Translations under genes and position numbers: made by a program | In this document: one piece after another, positions 1 through 12,022 of the stretch | Layout: each line of letters starts with the position of its first letter | How positions within the stretch are numbered: the stretch's first letter is position 1 | The notes under the pieces: generated by a model | Databases searched by the model: none | Told to the model about the DNA's origin: nothing | The model's input: only the letters and a program-made list of their open reading frames with translations | NCBI GenBank assembly: GCA_963743525.1 | Contig: CAVUQH010000004.1 | Span: 448,001 to 512,000, forward strand | Source: an uncultured delta proteobacterium | Lineage (GTDB): Bacteria; Myxococcota_A; Polyangia; Haliangiales; Haliangiaceae | Direction: 5' to 3' | DNA length: 64,000 nt

Positions 1-1180
1 CCGCGGCGACCGCCCGATCCTGCGCGCCGGTCAGCGCGAACGGCACCACGTCGGCCAGCGCCTGGCGCGCGGCCTGGGCCGCCGGGCACGGCTCGGCGCG
101 GTCGGACCGTCGCTCGCGCCGCCGCCGGGCGACGTGAGCGCCCAGCACGAACAGCTCGGCGAACGCCAGCCGCCGGTGCCAGGTCGACCGGCCGTGGTTG
201 AGCTCCTCGACCTCTTCCACCGTCATCGTGTCGGGTGGCGCGTGGAGCGCCAGCACCGCCTCGGCCAGCGGCGGCAGCTCCATCCGCGCACAGACCGCCG
301 GCGGCACCGGATCGGGAACCAGCCCCGCGGCTCGATCGACAGCCGCCGCGCACGCCTTGCGCAGCGTCCCGGCAGGCACCCCGGGGACGTCGGCGTAGCG
401 GGGAATGATCTGCGCGCCGGCGCCACGGCTCACGCCGTCGGGCGTGATCACCTCGAGAATGTCGGGGTTGGCCATCTCGGCGCCGGAGCCGCGGTCCTCG
501 AGGCGCCCCGACAGCGCCACCCGGCTGCCGGCGGGATAGCGCGACTGCATGCTCGGGTGGGCGTTGAAGAACCGCACCGCCAGCTTCACCCGCGGATCGT
601 CCTCGTCCTCCAGGCGCAAGTCGACCCAGCGCACCCGTCCGCGGCGGACGAAATGGGTGCCGACCACCCGCCCGGCACAGGTGACCCGTTCGCCGGCGGT
701 CGCCTCGCCCAGCGCGCGCGAAAGCGGCGCCACCGCGCGCACGTCGTCGTAGCGCCGCGGCACCAGCCAGACCAGGTCCTCGACGCAGTCGATGCCGCGC
801 TCGCCGAGCCGCTCGGCCAGCGCCGGGCCGATGCCGGGCAGCGACGAGGTCGCCGCCGCCAGCGGATCGCCGGCTGCCGCGCGCACCGGCCGCACCGGGG
901 CCGGCGGCCCGGCGACCTCGTGGCACAGCCGCAGGCCGCGGGCGACGCTGACCGCCTGCAGATCCGGCTCGAGCCGCTCGAAGGCGTCGAGCTCCTTCCG
1001 CCACCGGGCCAGCGCCGCGGACTCGTCTTTGCCCAGCTTGGCCAGCACTCGGTCGCAGGCCTTGCGCAGCGACGCGCCCAGGTGCGGATCTTCGGCGGTG
1101 CCGGCAAAGTCACCGTCGGATACGGCAATCAGCGGGCGGCGAAGGGCCTCCACCCGCTGGCGCAAGTCGTGGCTGGCCAC
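1..1180 (-). CDS. recG: ATP-dependent DNA helicase RecG, N-terminal part (runs off the window start)
   Basis: Manual minus-strand translation from GTG at 1180 gives LPGIGPALAERLGERGIDCVEDLVWLVPRRYDD, FFNAHP, RRLAFAELF and VVPFALTGAQ, which are typical of the RecG N-terminus. Not in the ORF track because it has no stop inside the window. Confidence 0.88.
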   Translation of the reverse strand, partial: MASHDLRQRVEALRRPLIAVSDGDFAGTAEDPHLGASLRKACDRVLAKLGKDESAALARWRKELDAFERLEPDLQAVSVARGLRLCHEVAGPPAPVRPVRAAAGDPLAAATSSLPGIGPALAERLGERGIDCVEDLVWLVPRRYDDVRAVAPLSRALGEATAGERVTCAGRVVGTHFVRRGRVRWVDLRLEDEDDPRVKLAVRFFNAHPSMQSRYPAGSRVALSGRLEDRGSGAEMANPDILEVITPDGVSRGAGAQIIPRYADVPGVPAGTLRKACAAAVDRAAGLVPDPVPPAVCARMELPPLAEAVLALHAPPDTMTVEEVEELNHGRSTWHRRLAFAELFVLGAHVARRRRERRSDRAEPCPAAQAARQALADVVPFALTGAQDRAVAA

Positions 1181-1183
1181 TCG

Positions 1184-1858
<675 letters not shown>

Positions 1859-1908
1859 TGCGGAAAGCGCTCCTCCAGCCCACCCGGCCGGCGCTGGAAA
1901 CATTATCG

Positions 1909-3348
1909 CTACTTCGGGCTGCTTTTGGCTAGTTCTTCGAGCCCCTTAGCGACGTCGCCGGCCAGGGCCCCGAGTGTGGGGTCCTTCTTCCGCTTGGCCT
2001 TGGGGACGTCCTCCTGGTCGCCCCACCAGCCGCGCAAAACCGTCTTGTCGCCCGCCAGTTGGCGCAGCCGGGCGGCATCCTCCTTGGCCGAGCTGGCCAG
2101 GGCCAGCGCACCCAGGAGCTCGATCCCCACCGCCCGGGGAACCCACTTGTCGGAGCCCAGCAGCGTCCGGGCCTTGGCCACGACGTCAGCCTTGGGCGTC
2201 ATGGCTTTCATACGCGAGATCAGCGAGTCGTCGAGGTCGAGCTTGCGATAGTCGCCGCCGGTCGGGAACGCCTCGGCCACCGGCACGATGGCCGCCACCT
2301 GACCGCAATCCAGCGCGCGCTGGGCCGCCGCCCAGCGGAAGCGGGTGTTGGAGTGCGGCGCCGAGATCATGCCGACCAGCGGGTTGAGGCAGGTGGGCAT
2401 GCCCGAGGCCTTGACCAGGTTGAGGGCGATGCTCTGGATCTCGATGCTGCGGCGCTCGTCCGAGGCCATCGGCCCGAGGACGTCCATGTGAGCGGCCAGC
2501 CCGCGGGGGTCGGCCTTGGGCACGTCGTCGGTGTCGGTGTAGGCCCGCTCGAGCATGACCATGATCTGTCGCTCGAGCTTGGGATGCTTCTCGTTGAGCG
2601 CTTTGGAGTCGGCGATCTCGAGCAGCTTGCCCACCGCCTCGGGGCTCCCGGTCAGGGCCACGCCGTAGACGATGTCGTCGGTGATCACCAGTGGTTGGCC
2701 GTTCTTGTCCGGCGGCGCCGCGATCACCGCGTTGAGCGCCGTGATCATCTTGTCGGCCACCTTGACCGGGTCGTCGGCCGGCTTCAGGTCGGCGGTGTCG
2801 GCCGCCGCGGCGCGGATGATCATCGCCCCGGTGGCGGTGCCGGTCTCGGCCCTACCCTTGTAGTAGCCGCCGGTCAGCCAGTTGACCAGGTGGGCGTCGA
2901 TCTGCAGCCTGGTGGCCTGGTCGGCCCGCTTGCGCAGGTAGAACAGCCCGTCCTTGGCCTCCATCTGCACCGGCGACGGGACCGTCATGCGGCCCTCGAC
3001 CCGCGCCAGCTGCCACAGCCGCGGCACCATCTTGGCCACCACCGCCTGGCGGGTCGCGTCCGACATCTTGTCGAGCGCGTCGTAGACCTCTTCGCCCTTG
3101 CGCAGACGGATCAGGTTGGCCGCCGCGTGCCCGCGCAGATCGGGCGACAGATCGCCGTCGTGCAGAGCATCGGCCAGCTTTCCCGGCCCCTTCTGCGTCT
3201 CCAACCACTTGTCGATATTCTCGTGGCTGGCCTTGTCGCACGCCGCCAATGGCGCAAGCGCGACAGCGACTGCGATCAAAACGAACCGCCCGAGGCGGCA
3301 ACGGGGGGCGTGGGGGTTGGTGCTCGAACCCGGGTGCGCGACGCGCAA
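1909..3348 (-). CDS. Hypothetical alpha-helical (HEAT/ARM-like) lipoprotein
   Basis: 479-aa ORF with good high-GC codon use; hydrophobic signal ending LAAC. Start uncertain. Confidence 0.7.
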   Translation of the reverse strand: MRVAHPGSSTNPHAPRCRLGRFVLIAVAVALAPLAACDKASHENIDKWLETQKGPGKLADALHDGDLSPDLRGHAAANLIRLRKGEEVYDALDKMSDATRQAVVAKMVPRLWQLARVEGRMTVPSPVQMEAKDGLFYLRKRADQATRLQIDAHLVNWLTGGYYKGRAETGTATGAMIIRAAAADTADLKPADDPVKVADKMITALNAVIAAPPDKNGQPLVITDDIVYGVALTGSPEAVGKLLEIADSKALNEKHPKLERQIMVMLERAYTDTDDVPKADPRGLAAHMDVLGPMASDERRSIEIQSIALNLVKASGMPTCLNPLVGMISAPHSNTRFRWAAAQRALDCGQVAAIVPVAEAFPTGGDYRKLDLDDSLISRMKAMTPKADVVAKARTLLGSDKWVPRAVGIELLGALALASSAKEDAARLRQLAGDKTVLRGWWGDQEDVPKAKRKKDPTLGALAGDVAKGLEELAKSSPK

Positions 3349-3482
3349 GTGTCCCTCCTGACAGCGAAAACGAGCCTCGGCACTATACGAGCGCGGCGAC
3401 CATGAGTCAAACCACCCCCCGCCGACGTAGGCGCGCCGCGCCGGCTTCTCCGCGCCCCGCGATTTGCTACTGTCAGGCGCTC

Positions 3483-4955
3483 ATGGCGGCCTCTCTCCGG
3501 CTGCGCCTCGTTGCGCTCGCCCTCGCCACGCTGCTCGGCGGCGCCGCCGAGGCCTCTCCTTTGGAAGATCCAGCGCTGACGCGCACTGTCTTCACCGGGC
3601 CCACGTCGCCCCACGCCACCTCGGTGTGGCTCGACCCGGCGGCGATGGGCCTGGCCGCCGGCGGCTGGCACCTGTTCTTCAGCGCCACCACCCGCCTGGA
3701 TCACGACCTCATCGACCGGTCGCAGATCGACCTCGCCACCGGCGCGCTCAGCCCCGGCGCCAAGGTCCGCTCGCTGACCGCGACCCCCGGCGGCTTCCTC
3801 GCCGCGTGGTGGAAGAGCGACAACGCGGCCCTGGGCCTGGCCAGCTTCCTGCCCCAGGCCGAGCGTTTCATCACCGACCAGGAGGCGCTGCGCTACCACA
3901 CCCTCGGCGGCTTCCACTACCAGTGGACGGTGCTGGACCTGTCGGTCGCCTTCCACTGGAACAAGTTCTGGTTCGGACTCGGCGTCGGCCTGGGCAACAT
4001 GCACACGCTGCGGCTCGAGTTCGCCCGCGACACTGCGCTCGAGGCCGGCACCGCCGGCATCGAGGCCGACTGCGGAGGCGCGCCGTGCGGCGTGGAGAAC
4101 GAAGCCGCGGCCCAGCGCTACCGGGTCGACGTCTCCAGCGGCGGCAGCTTGCGGCCCTGGCGCCTGGGCTTTTGGGGCGCGCTGTTCTCGTCGGAGAACC
4201 TGTCGCTCAACGCCGGCATCCTCTGGCAACCCAACGACGACTGGGTGGTGGCGCTGAGCTACCAGGGCTCGGTCGGCCTGTTCGGATCCAGCCGTCGCCT
4301 GGAAGGCACGGCGCGGGTCGAGACCTCGCCGATCGAGGGTGGGCTGATCCGCAACGGCCAGGCGGAGGTCGGTTACAACCTGCCCGAGACTCTTCATCTG
4401 GCCGCGCGCATGAGCCTGCCCGGTCGCAAGCAGTGGGACCTGGTCACCGGTCTGCGGCTGCAGACCTTCTTCACCCACGACAACCTCGACCTGCGCCTGT
4501 TCGGCTCCGAGCTGGTCGGCCACGACATCCCCGAGCAGTACCCGCTGTACCGCGGCTTCCGCACCGTGCTGCGGTTCGAGGCCGGGGTCGAGCGCACGCC
4601 CGCGGCGCGCGTGCGTCTGGGCGCGCGACTGTTCCTCGAGCGCGGCGCGGTGCCCAACCGCGGCGTCCAGCCGATGGCCATCGCCGGCAACGACATCGGC
4701 CTGTCCGCCGGCGTGGAGTGGCGGGTGGCGGCGCCGCTGGTGCTGGGTCTCGGCTACGACTTCACCTGGTTCCCCACGGTCAACGTCACCAACAGCGCCT
4801 TCGACCCGCGCGACCGGATCGCCTGCGTCGACTCCGGCTACGACCTCGAACAGTGCCAGGCGGTGCGCGACGGGCGCGCGCGGCCGACCGCGGCGGGCAG
4901 CTACCTGCGCCTGCAACACGCCTTCATGGTCTCGGCGCGCTGGGATTTCCTCTAA
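3483..4955 (+). CDS. FadL/OmpP1-family outer-membrane transport protein
   Basis: Signal peptide; SVWLDPAAMG resembles the FadL NPA hatch region; amphipathic beta strands; LPETL; aromatic C-terminus SARWDFL. Confidence 0.7.
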   Translation: MAASLRLRLVALALATLLGGAAEASPLEDPALTRTVFTGPTSPHATSVWLDPAAMGLAAGGWHLFFSATTRLDHDLIDRSQIDLATGALSPGAKVRSLTATPGGFLAAWWKSDNAALGLASFLPQAERFITDQEALRYHTLGGFHYQWTVLDLSVAFHWNKFWFGLGVGLGNMHTLRLEFARDTALEAGTAGIEADCGGAPCGVENEAAAQRYRVDVSSGGSLRPWRLGFWGALFSSENLSLNAGILWQPNDDWVVALSYQGSVGLFGSSRRLEGTARVETSPIEGGLIRNGQAEVGYNLPETLHLAARMSLPGRKQWDLVTGLRLQTFFTHDNLDLRLFGSELVGHDIPEQYPLYRGFRTVLRFEAGVERTPAARVRLGARLFLERGAVPNRGVQPMAIAGNDIGLSAGVEWRVAAPLVLGLGYDFTWFPTVNVTNSAFDPRDRIACVDSGYDLEQCQAVRDGRARPTAAGSYLRLQHAFMVSARWDFL

Positions 4956-6037
4956 TGGCGCAGGTCCTGGTCTACGGCGCCACCGGCACCACCGGCGGAC
5001 TGATCGCGCGGGCGCTCCTCGACCGCGGCCTCGAGGTGATCGCTTCGGGCCGCGATCGCGGCCGACTGGCTCAGCGCGCCGCCGAGCTGGGAGGCGTCGA
5101 CATCCGCCCGGCGCCAGTGCACGACCGCGCGGCCCTGGCCGCGGCGGTGCGCGGCGTCGATCTGGTGATCGCCTGCGCCGGACCGTTCTCGCTGATGGGC
5201 GAGCCGGTGCTGGCCGCCGCCATCGACGCCGGCGCCGACTACCTGGACACCACCGGCGAGCAGGTGTTCATGCGCGAGATGTACGAGCGCTACGAGTCGG
5301 CGGCGCGCCACGGTGGCCTCTGCGTGGTATCCGGCTGCGCCTTCGAGATCGCGCTCGGCGACTGGGCGGCGGCGCTGGCCGCCGGCGCCATCGGCCCGGG
5401 GCCCATCGACGAGGTGTTGATCGCCTACTGGCTGGATCGCTTCAACGCCACCGCCGGCACCCGCGCGTCGGCGGTCGAGAGCCTGGCCGCCGGTGGGCTG
5501 GTGTGGGATCGCGATCGCTGGCAGGAGGCGCCGCCCGCCGCCGAGCGGCGCACCTTTGCCTTTCCCGGCACCGGCGATCGGCCCGCCGTCAGCTTTCCCT
5601 CGGGCGAGGTGGTCACGGTGCCGCGCCACATCGACGCGCACCGGGTGCAGACGTTCCTCGCCCTCGAGGGCTCGCCGCTGGGCCGCCTGCCCGGATGGAT
5701 GGGCGCCGCCCTGCCGCTGCTCGCGCGCACGCCGCTGCTGAGCGCCGCCCGTGCTCGCGCCGTCGGCGGCCGCCAGCCCGACGCCGCCGCCCGCGCCCGC
5801 GCCCGCTTCGCCGTCGCCGCCCAGGCCCGCCGCGGCTTCGAGGACGCCCGCGTGGCCGTGACCGGGCGCGACGTCTACGCCACCACCACGACCATCATCA
5901 CCAACGCGGCGGCCGAGCTGTGCGCGCGCCGCGGGCAGAACGACCGCCCGATCGGGGTGCTGGCGCCGAGCGAGGCGTTCGATCCCGACGCGTCGCTGGC
6001 CGCGCTGGCGGCGGTCGGATGTACAGTGTGGCGATGA
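4955..6037 (+). CDS. Saccharopine dehydrogenase-like NAD(P)-binding oxidoreductase
   Basis: VLVYGATGTTG, CAGPF and YLDTTGE motifs; TAATG overlap with the upstream gene. Confidence 0.85.
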   Translation: MAQVLVYGATGTTGGLIARALLDRGLEVIASGRDRGRLAQRAAELGGVDIRPAPVHDRAALAAAVRGVDLVIACAGPFSLMGEPVLAAAIDAGADYLDTTGEQVFMREMYERYESAARHGGLCVVSGCAFEIALGDWAAALAAGAIGPGPIDEVLIAYWLDRFNATAGTRASAVESLAAGGLVWDRDRWQEAPPAAERRTFAFPGTGDRPAVSFPSGEVVTVPRHIDAHRVQTFLALEGSPLGRLPGWMGAALPLLARTPLLSAARARAVGGRQPDAAARARARFAVAAQARRGFEDARVAVTGRDVYATTTTIITNAAAELCARRGQNDRPIGVLAPSEAFDPDASLAALAAVGCTVWR

Positions 6038-7326
6038 CCTGGACCCTGGAGGTCGAACAGCCACTGCGCTCGGGCGGGCCGATGATCCAGCGCTACCGCG
6101 CGGACAACGGCCTGGGCCTGATCTTGCTGCGCGACAGCAGCGCGCCGATCGCCGTCTACCAGACCTGGTTCGGCGTCGGCTCGCGCCACGAGCACGCCGG
6201 CGCCACCGGCATGGCCCACCTGTTCGAGCATCTGATGTTCGGCCGCACCCGCACCTTGCCGCCGGGCGAGCTGGACCGGTTGATCGAACGAGTCGGCGGC
6301 GAGACCAACGCGGCCACCTGGGTCGACTGGACCTACTACACCACCAGCGTGCCGGCCGCCGAGCTGGAGCTGGTGGCGCGCATCGAGTCCGACCGGATGC
6401 ACCAGCTGGTGCTCGACGACGAGGCGCTGGCCTCGGAGCGCGAGGTGGTGGCAGCCGAGCGAATGGAGCGCGTCGACGACGACGTCGATGGACTGCTCGC
6501 CGAGAAGCTGCTGGCCACGGCGTTCGAGCACCACCCGTACCACTGGCCGACCATCGGCTGGATGGACGACATCCGCGGCGCCGCCAAGGACGAGGTCGAA
6601 CGCTTCTACCGCACCTTCTACGCGCCCAACAACGCCACCGTGGTGATCGTCGGCGACGTCGATCCCGACGACACCCTGGCCATGCTGACCCGCCACTACG
6701 GCCAGCTGCCGCCGTCGCAGCTGCCACCGTCCGCGCTGGCGCCCGAGCCGGCGCAGAGCGGCGAACGCAGGGTCGAGGTGCAGCGGCCGGTGCCCGCCGA
6801 CCGCGCGTTGATCGGCTACAAGACACCGGCCCAGGGTCACGACGACTGGCCGGTGCTCGAGCTGGTGTCGGCGCTGCTCACCGGCGGGCCGTCGTCGCGG
6901 CTGTACCGGCAGCTGGTCGTCGACCGCGAGCTGGCCAGCTCGATCGACGGCAGCGTCATGCCCACCGCCGAGCCGGGGCTGTACGAGCTGTCGCTGAGCA
7001 TGATGCGCGACGTCCCCGCCGAGGAGGCGCTGGCGGTGCTCGACGAACAGGTCGCGCGCCTGGCCGCCGAGCCGCCGCCACCGGCCGAGCTGGCCAAGGC
7101 CAAGAGCTGCGTCGAGACCGACTTCTGGTCGGCGCTGGTGTCGCTCGAGGGCAAGGCCGAAGCGCTGGGTCACTACCAGACCGCGCTGGGCGACTTCCGC
7201 GCCCTGCTCCACACCGCCGAGCGGCTGGAGGCGGTCACCGCCGACGACGTCACCCGGGCGGCGGCGACCTACCTGCGACCCGAGCGGCGCACGGTGGCGA
7301 TCGCGCGACCGCGGGAGGAGGCATGA
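6034..7326 (+). CDS. M16 (pitrilysin/insulinase) zinc peptidase, catalytic subunit
   Basis: GMAHLFEHLMF (HxxEH), TNAATWVDWTYY, FYAPNNA. Confidence 0.92.
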   Translation: MTWTLEVEQPLRSGGPMIQRYRADNGLGLILLRDSSAPIAVYQTWFGVGSRHEHAGATGMAHLFEHLMFGRTRTLPPGELDRLIERVGGETNAATWVDWTYYTTSVPAAELELVARIESDRMHQLVLDDEALASEREVVAAERMERVDDDVDGLLAEKLLATAFEHHPYHWPTIGWMDDIRGAAKDEVERFYRTFYAPNNATVVIVGDVDPDDTLAMLTRHYGQLPPSQLPPSALAPEPAQSGERRVEVQRPVPADRALIGYKTPAQGHDDWPVLELVSALLTGGPSSRLYRQLVVDRELASSIDGSVMPTAEPGLYELSLSMMRDVPAEEALAVLDEQVARLAAEPPPPAELAKAKSCVETDFWSALVSLEGKAEALGHYQTALGDFRALLHTAERLEAVTADDVTRAAATYLRPERRTVAIARPREEA

Positions 7327-8618
7327 CCAGCGGGCCTCGCGGCACGCGCCTGATCGTCGAGCCGGGTCACGACGTACCGCTGGTGTGGATCCGCGTCGCC
7401 GCGCTGGGCGGCAGCGCCGCCGACCCCGCAGGTCGCGAGGGCTTGATCCGCCACGCCGCGCTGCTGTCGCGCCGCGGCGCCGGCGACCGCGATCGCGCGG
7501 CCCTCGACGACGCCCTCGACGGGCTGGGCGCATCGCTGCAGGTCGACACCAGCCGCGACGCCATCACCCTGTCGGGGCTGTGCCTGGCGCGCAACGCCTC
7601 TGCGCTGGTGGCGCTGATGGCCGACGTCATGGCCCGCCCGCGCATGGACGAAGCGGAGCACGAGAAGCTGTTGCGCGAGACCGGCGCGCTGCTCGACGAG
7701 CTGCGCGACGACGACGGCGAGATCGCCGAGCGCTTCTTCGCCCGCGAGGTCGCCCCCGGCCACCCGTACGCGCGCACCGCGATCGGCACCGAGGCATCGC
7801 TCGCGCGGCTGGAGCTGGCCGAGGTGCGGCGCGCCCACGCCGCGGCGCTGGTGCCGGGCAACCTGATCATCGGGCTGGCCGGCGCCGTCGACGCACAGGC
7901 CGCCGAGTCGATGGCCGAGCGCCTGGTCGCCGGGCTGCCCGACGCGCCCGCCCCCGCCCTGCCGGCGCTGCCCGACGTCGCCCCCGCGGCCGCCCGGCGG
8001 CTGTGTCTGATCGACAAGCCGGAGCGGGTGCAGTCGCAGATCCGCGTCGGCCACCCGGCACCGGCCTACGCCCACCCCGACTTTGCCGCGCTCAGCTGCG
8101 CCGAAACCATCTTCGGCGGCACCTTCAGCGCCCGGCTGATGCAGGAGATCCGCGCCAAGCGAGGTTGGTCGTACGGCGCCGGCTGTTCGCTCGGCCAGAG
8201 CCGCGGCGCCAGCTGGCTGCGCATCGCGCTGGCCCCGGCGGCCGAGGTCACCCCCGACGCCGCCGAGCTGACGCTGAGCTTGTTCGAACAGCTGTGCGAC
8301 GGCGGCGTCACTGCCGACGAGCTGGCGTTTGCCCGCAGCCACATCATGGGAAGCATGCCGTTCCTGTCGGCAACGCCGGCGCAGCGCATGCGCGTGGCGG
8401 TGCGCAACCTCGGCTACGGCCTGCCCGCCGACTACCACCAGCGGCTCCGCGGCGAAATCGCCGATCTCAGCCTCGACCGGGTCAACCAGGCGATCCGCCA
8501 GCACTTCCTCCCGCAGGCGACGGTGTCGGTGATCGTCGCCACCGCTCAGGCGATGGCGCCCCGCCTCGAAGGGATGGGCCTGGGCGAGGCCTCGGTGTTC
8601 GCCTACGACGCGTACTGA
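7323..8618 (+). CDS. M16 peptidase partner subunit (no HxxEH)
   Basis: FGGTFSARLMQEIRAKRGWSYG carries the R/Y motif; ATGA overlap with the catalytic subunit gene. Confidence 0.88.
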   Translation: MTSGPRGTRLIVEPGHDVPLVWIRVAALGGSAADPAGREGLIRHAALLSRRGAGDRDRAALDDALDGLGASLQVDTSRDAITLSGLCLARNASALVALMADVMARPRMDEAEHEKLLRETGALLDELRDDDGEIAERFFAREVAPGHPYARTAIGTEASLARLELAEVRRAHAAALVPGNLIIGLAGAVDAQAAESMAERLVAGLPDAPAPALPALPDVAPAAARRLCLIDKPERVQSQIRVGHPAPAYAHPDFAALSCAETIFGGTFSARLMQEIRAKRGWSYGAGCSLGQSRGASWLRIALAPAAEVTPDAAELTLSLFEQLCDGGVTADELAFARSHIMGSMPFLSATPAQRMRVAVRNLGYGLPADYHQRLRGEIADLSLDRVNQAIRQHFLPQATVSVIVATAQAMAPRLEGMGLGEASVFAYDAY

Positions 8619-8672
8619 AGTTTGCTATTCTTCGGCTCACGCGGGGTGGGCCGCGCTTTCCGGGGGATCGAC

Positions 8673-10100
8673 ATGAACAAGCGTTGCGTGGCCGCCCTGG
8701 CGGTTCTGGCGGTGAGTGCGTGCGGCAAGAGCGGCGGCCAGGGTGCGATCGGCACCATGGCCAGCCTCGCCACCGAGCCCAAGGGCGCCATCTCCACCGA
8801 CGGCCAGGAAGCGGTGGTCACCAGCAAAGGCGGCACCGACTGGAACGCCGTGGCCAAAGGCGCGCCCCAGGTCAGCGGCCTGACCGGCAAGGTCAACCCA
8901 TCCAAGATCTCCACCGCCGGCATCTCCCAGCCGCTCGAGGGCTTCTCGTCGCAGAAGCCGACCGGCTTCCGCGTCGCCTACGCGCCGACCAAGAAGTACG
9001 AGCGCTTCCGCACCGCGTTCATGCAGGAACAGGTGTTCGAGAACGTCGCCAAGATGCTCAACGGCACCCTCAAGATGCCGCGCATCGTCAACATCCAGAT
9101 GGTCGAGTGCGGCACGGTCAACGCCTTCTACGACCCCAACAACAGCCGCATCATCATGTGCTACGAGCTCATGGACTACTTCACGCAGATGTTCCAGCCG
9201 GTGTCCAAGAGCAACGACGAGCTGGGCAACGCGATCCTCGGCGCCACATTCTTCGCCTTCTTCCACGAGCTCGGCCACGGCCTGATCCACCAGCTCGACC
9301 TACCCGCCACCGGACGCGAAGAAGACTCGGTCGACCAGATGGCGACGCTGGTGCTGATGGAAGGCGGAGACCAGGGCGTGGCCGCCGCCATGGCCGGCGC
9401 CCGCTGGTTCGCCCTGCAGTCCGAGGCCAACAAGAAGGCCGGCGTATCGATGCCATTCTGGGACGAGCACTCCCTCGAAGGCCAGCGCTTCTACAACATC
9501 GCCTGCCTGATCTTCGGCTCCAACCCCGAGAAATACTCGCCGATGATCGAGAACGGCTACCTGCCCAAGGCCCGCGCCGTCCGCTGCCCCGACGAATTCA
9601 AGAAGATCTCGCACGCCTGGGAGCGCCTGCTGGGGCCCTACATCATCAACGACGGACAGGCCGTGGCGACCGCCGACGACACGCCGGCCACGCCGACGCC
9701 CAACACCGCCGGCAGCCCCGGCGGCCCGATGGCACCCAAGCCGCTGCCCGGCGGCGACACCAACGCCAAACCGTCCGGCGACAACCCGATGGCGCCCAAG
9801 CCACTGCCCGGCGGCGGCGACACCACCGCCGGCCAGACCCCGGCGGCACCGCCGAGCGGCCCCACCTGCGACTCGGTGGCCAGCCACGCCCTCGACGTCA
9901 TCTCCAAGGCCGCCCTCGCCCAGGCCCAGGCCGCCGGCCCCGACGCGGTCAAAGCCACACAAGAGCAGCTGCAAAACAACGGCCCCCTGGTCGTCCAACA
10001 GATCGTCCAGGAGTGCCAGGAGAAGAAGTGGACGCCCCAGGTGCTGCAATGCCTGACCGGCGCCGCCGACCTCAACCAGCTGCAAGCCTGCGGCGTCTAG
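8673..10100 (+). CDS. DUF4344-type zinc metallopeptidase lipoprotein
   Basis: Lipobox VSAC; ECGTVNAFYDP, FFHELGHGL, GREEDSVD, DEHSL...QRFYNIAC; Pro-rich linker and Cys-containing C-terminal domain. Confidence 0.85.
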   Translation: MNKRCVAALAVLAVSACGKSGGQGAIGTMASLATEPKGAISTDGQEAVVTSKGGTDWNAVAKGAPQVSGLTGKVNPSKISTAGISQPLEGFSSQKPTGFRVAYAPTKKYERFRTAFMQEQVFENVAKMLNGTLKMPRIVNIQMVECGTVNAFYDPNNSRIIMCYELMDYFTQMFQPVSKSNDELGNAILGATFFAFFHELGHGLIHQLDLPATGREEDSVDQMATLVLMEGGDQGVAAAMAGARWFALQSEANKKAGVSMPFWDEHSLEGQRFYNIACLIFGSNPEKYSPMIENGYLPKARAVRCPDEFKKISHAWERLLGPYIINDGQAVATADDTPATPTPNTAGSPGGPMAPKPLPGGDTNAKPSGDNPMAPKPLPGGGDTTAGQTPAAPPSGPTCDSVASHALDVISKAALAQAQAAGPDAVKATQEQLQNNGPLVVQQIVQECQEKKWTPQVLQCLTGAADLNQLQACGV

Positions 10101-10896
10101 CAGCGCCGTCGACGACGAACCCGAGTCGGCCGACCCGGGCCGCCGACGCCTGAGCCCTGCACCGACGCCGAGCCCCGAGCGCGCCCGGCAGCTCGTCGAC
10201 CGCGAGCAGCCCAAACTTCTGCCAGCCCTCGCCGAGCAGCCACGTCTTGGCCGGCGCCACACACCGCGGCCCCACCGGCGGCGCCAGGCCCCGGCGCCAG
10301 CCATCGTCCTGCCAGCCGTCGAAGTGCCAGGCCGATGAAAACAGATCCGGTGTGGAGCCGCGCAACACCTCCCCGTGCTTGCGCGCGTTGTTGAGCACAT
10401 ACGCCAGCGCATTCCGCACCTGATTGGGCGAACGCAAGATCTCGGCGTGATACCGGTCGTCGAACACCGACCCCCGACGACCACTCAGTGCGTTCAAGCG
10501 CCGCGCCGCGCTGACCTCGAAACCCTGAACCCCTCGAGCCAGCGCCTCGCCGTTCTTCGCCTCACAAACCAGATGGATGTGATTGCGCTGAACACTGAAC
10601 TGGCAGATCCGAAACCCCGGCTTGGAACAGGTACGCACCAACGCCGCCCGCAGCACCTTGCACCGCTTGAAGTTCCGCAGCCTGGGCACGTCGGCGCCAA
10701 TCCGCACCGTGACGTGAACGGGAAACCGCGACGCCTGCGCCGGCCGCGGCAAATGCGGCATCCGCCGTTTCCCCCGCTTCTTCTTCCGCCCGGCACCGGG
10801 GCGCCAGCCGCCGTGCTTCTTCAGCGCTTCGCTGCGGCGGTGGTCTTCGAAGTCGAGCTGCGCCGAAGCCGAGCGTTTGCTTCTCCGTTTCTCCAT
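10072..10896 (-). mobile_element. HUH/Y1 transposase of the REP-associated (RAYT/TnpA-REP) type
   Basis: PVHVTVR, FSVQRNHIHLVCEA (HUH), VFDDRYHAEIL, ALAYVLNN (catalytic Tyr); basic N-terminus GGWRPGAGRK; adjacent palindrome. Confidence 0.82.
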
Positions 10897-10966
10897 CTTG
10901 ATTCTGGCAGAGTTTTAACAGGTGGGTCTGACAATGACGGCTGCCCACGTCTAGCGCCGACGGCCC

Positions 10967-11010
10967 CCCTTCGACTTCGCCCGCGCGCGGGCTTCGCTCA
11001 GGGTGAGCGG
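10967..11010. repeat. REP-like palindromic element
   Basis: CCCTTCGACTTC-GCCCGCGCGCGGGC-TTCGCTCAGGGTGAGCGG: perfect 14-nt inner palindrome closed by CCCT/AGGG, ~70 bp upstream of the transposase start. Confidence 0.65.
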
Positions 11011-11019
11011 TGAACCCAG

Positions 11020-11875
<856 letters not shown>

Positions 11876-11944
11876 CTCCGCGTCCGCGCCGCCACCGTCT
11901 ACCCGCAGACCGCGCCCCCCACGCCCCCCCGGGCGCCGCCCTCC

Positions 11945-11996
11945 GGCCGCTCGGGGTGGGGTCTCACCCAGAAACGGGACCCCACCCCGCGCGGCC
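11945..11996. terminator. Strong GC hairpin (possible terminator of the minus-strand operon, or a REP-like end)
   Basis: GGCCGC-t-CGGGGTGGGGTC ... GACCCCACCCCG-c-GCGGCC inverted repeat just downstream of the stop at 12023; no U-tract. Confidence 0.5.
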
Positions 11997-12022
11997 CGCG
12001 GGCGACCTCCCCCGACTCGCTC

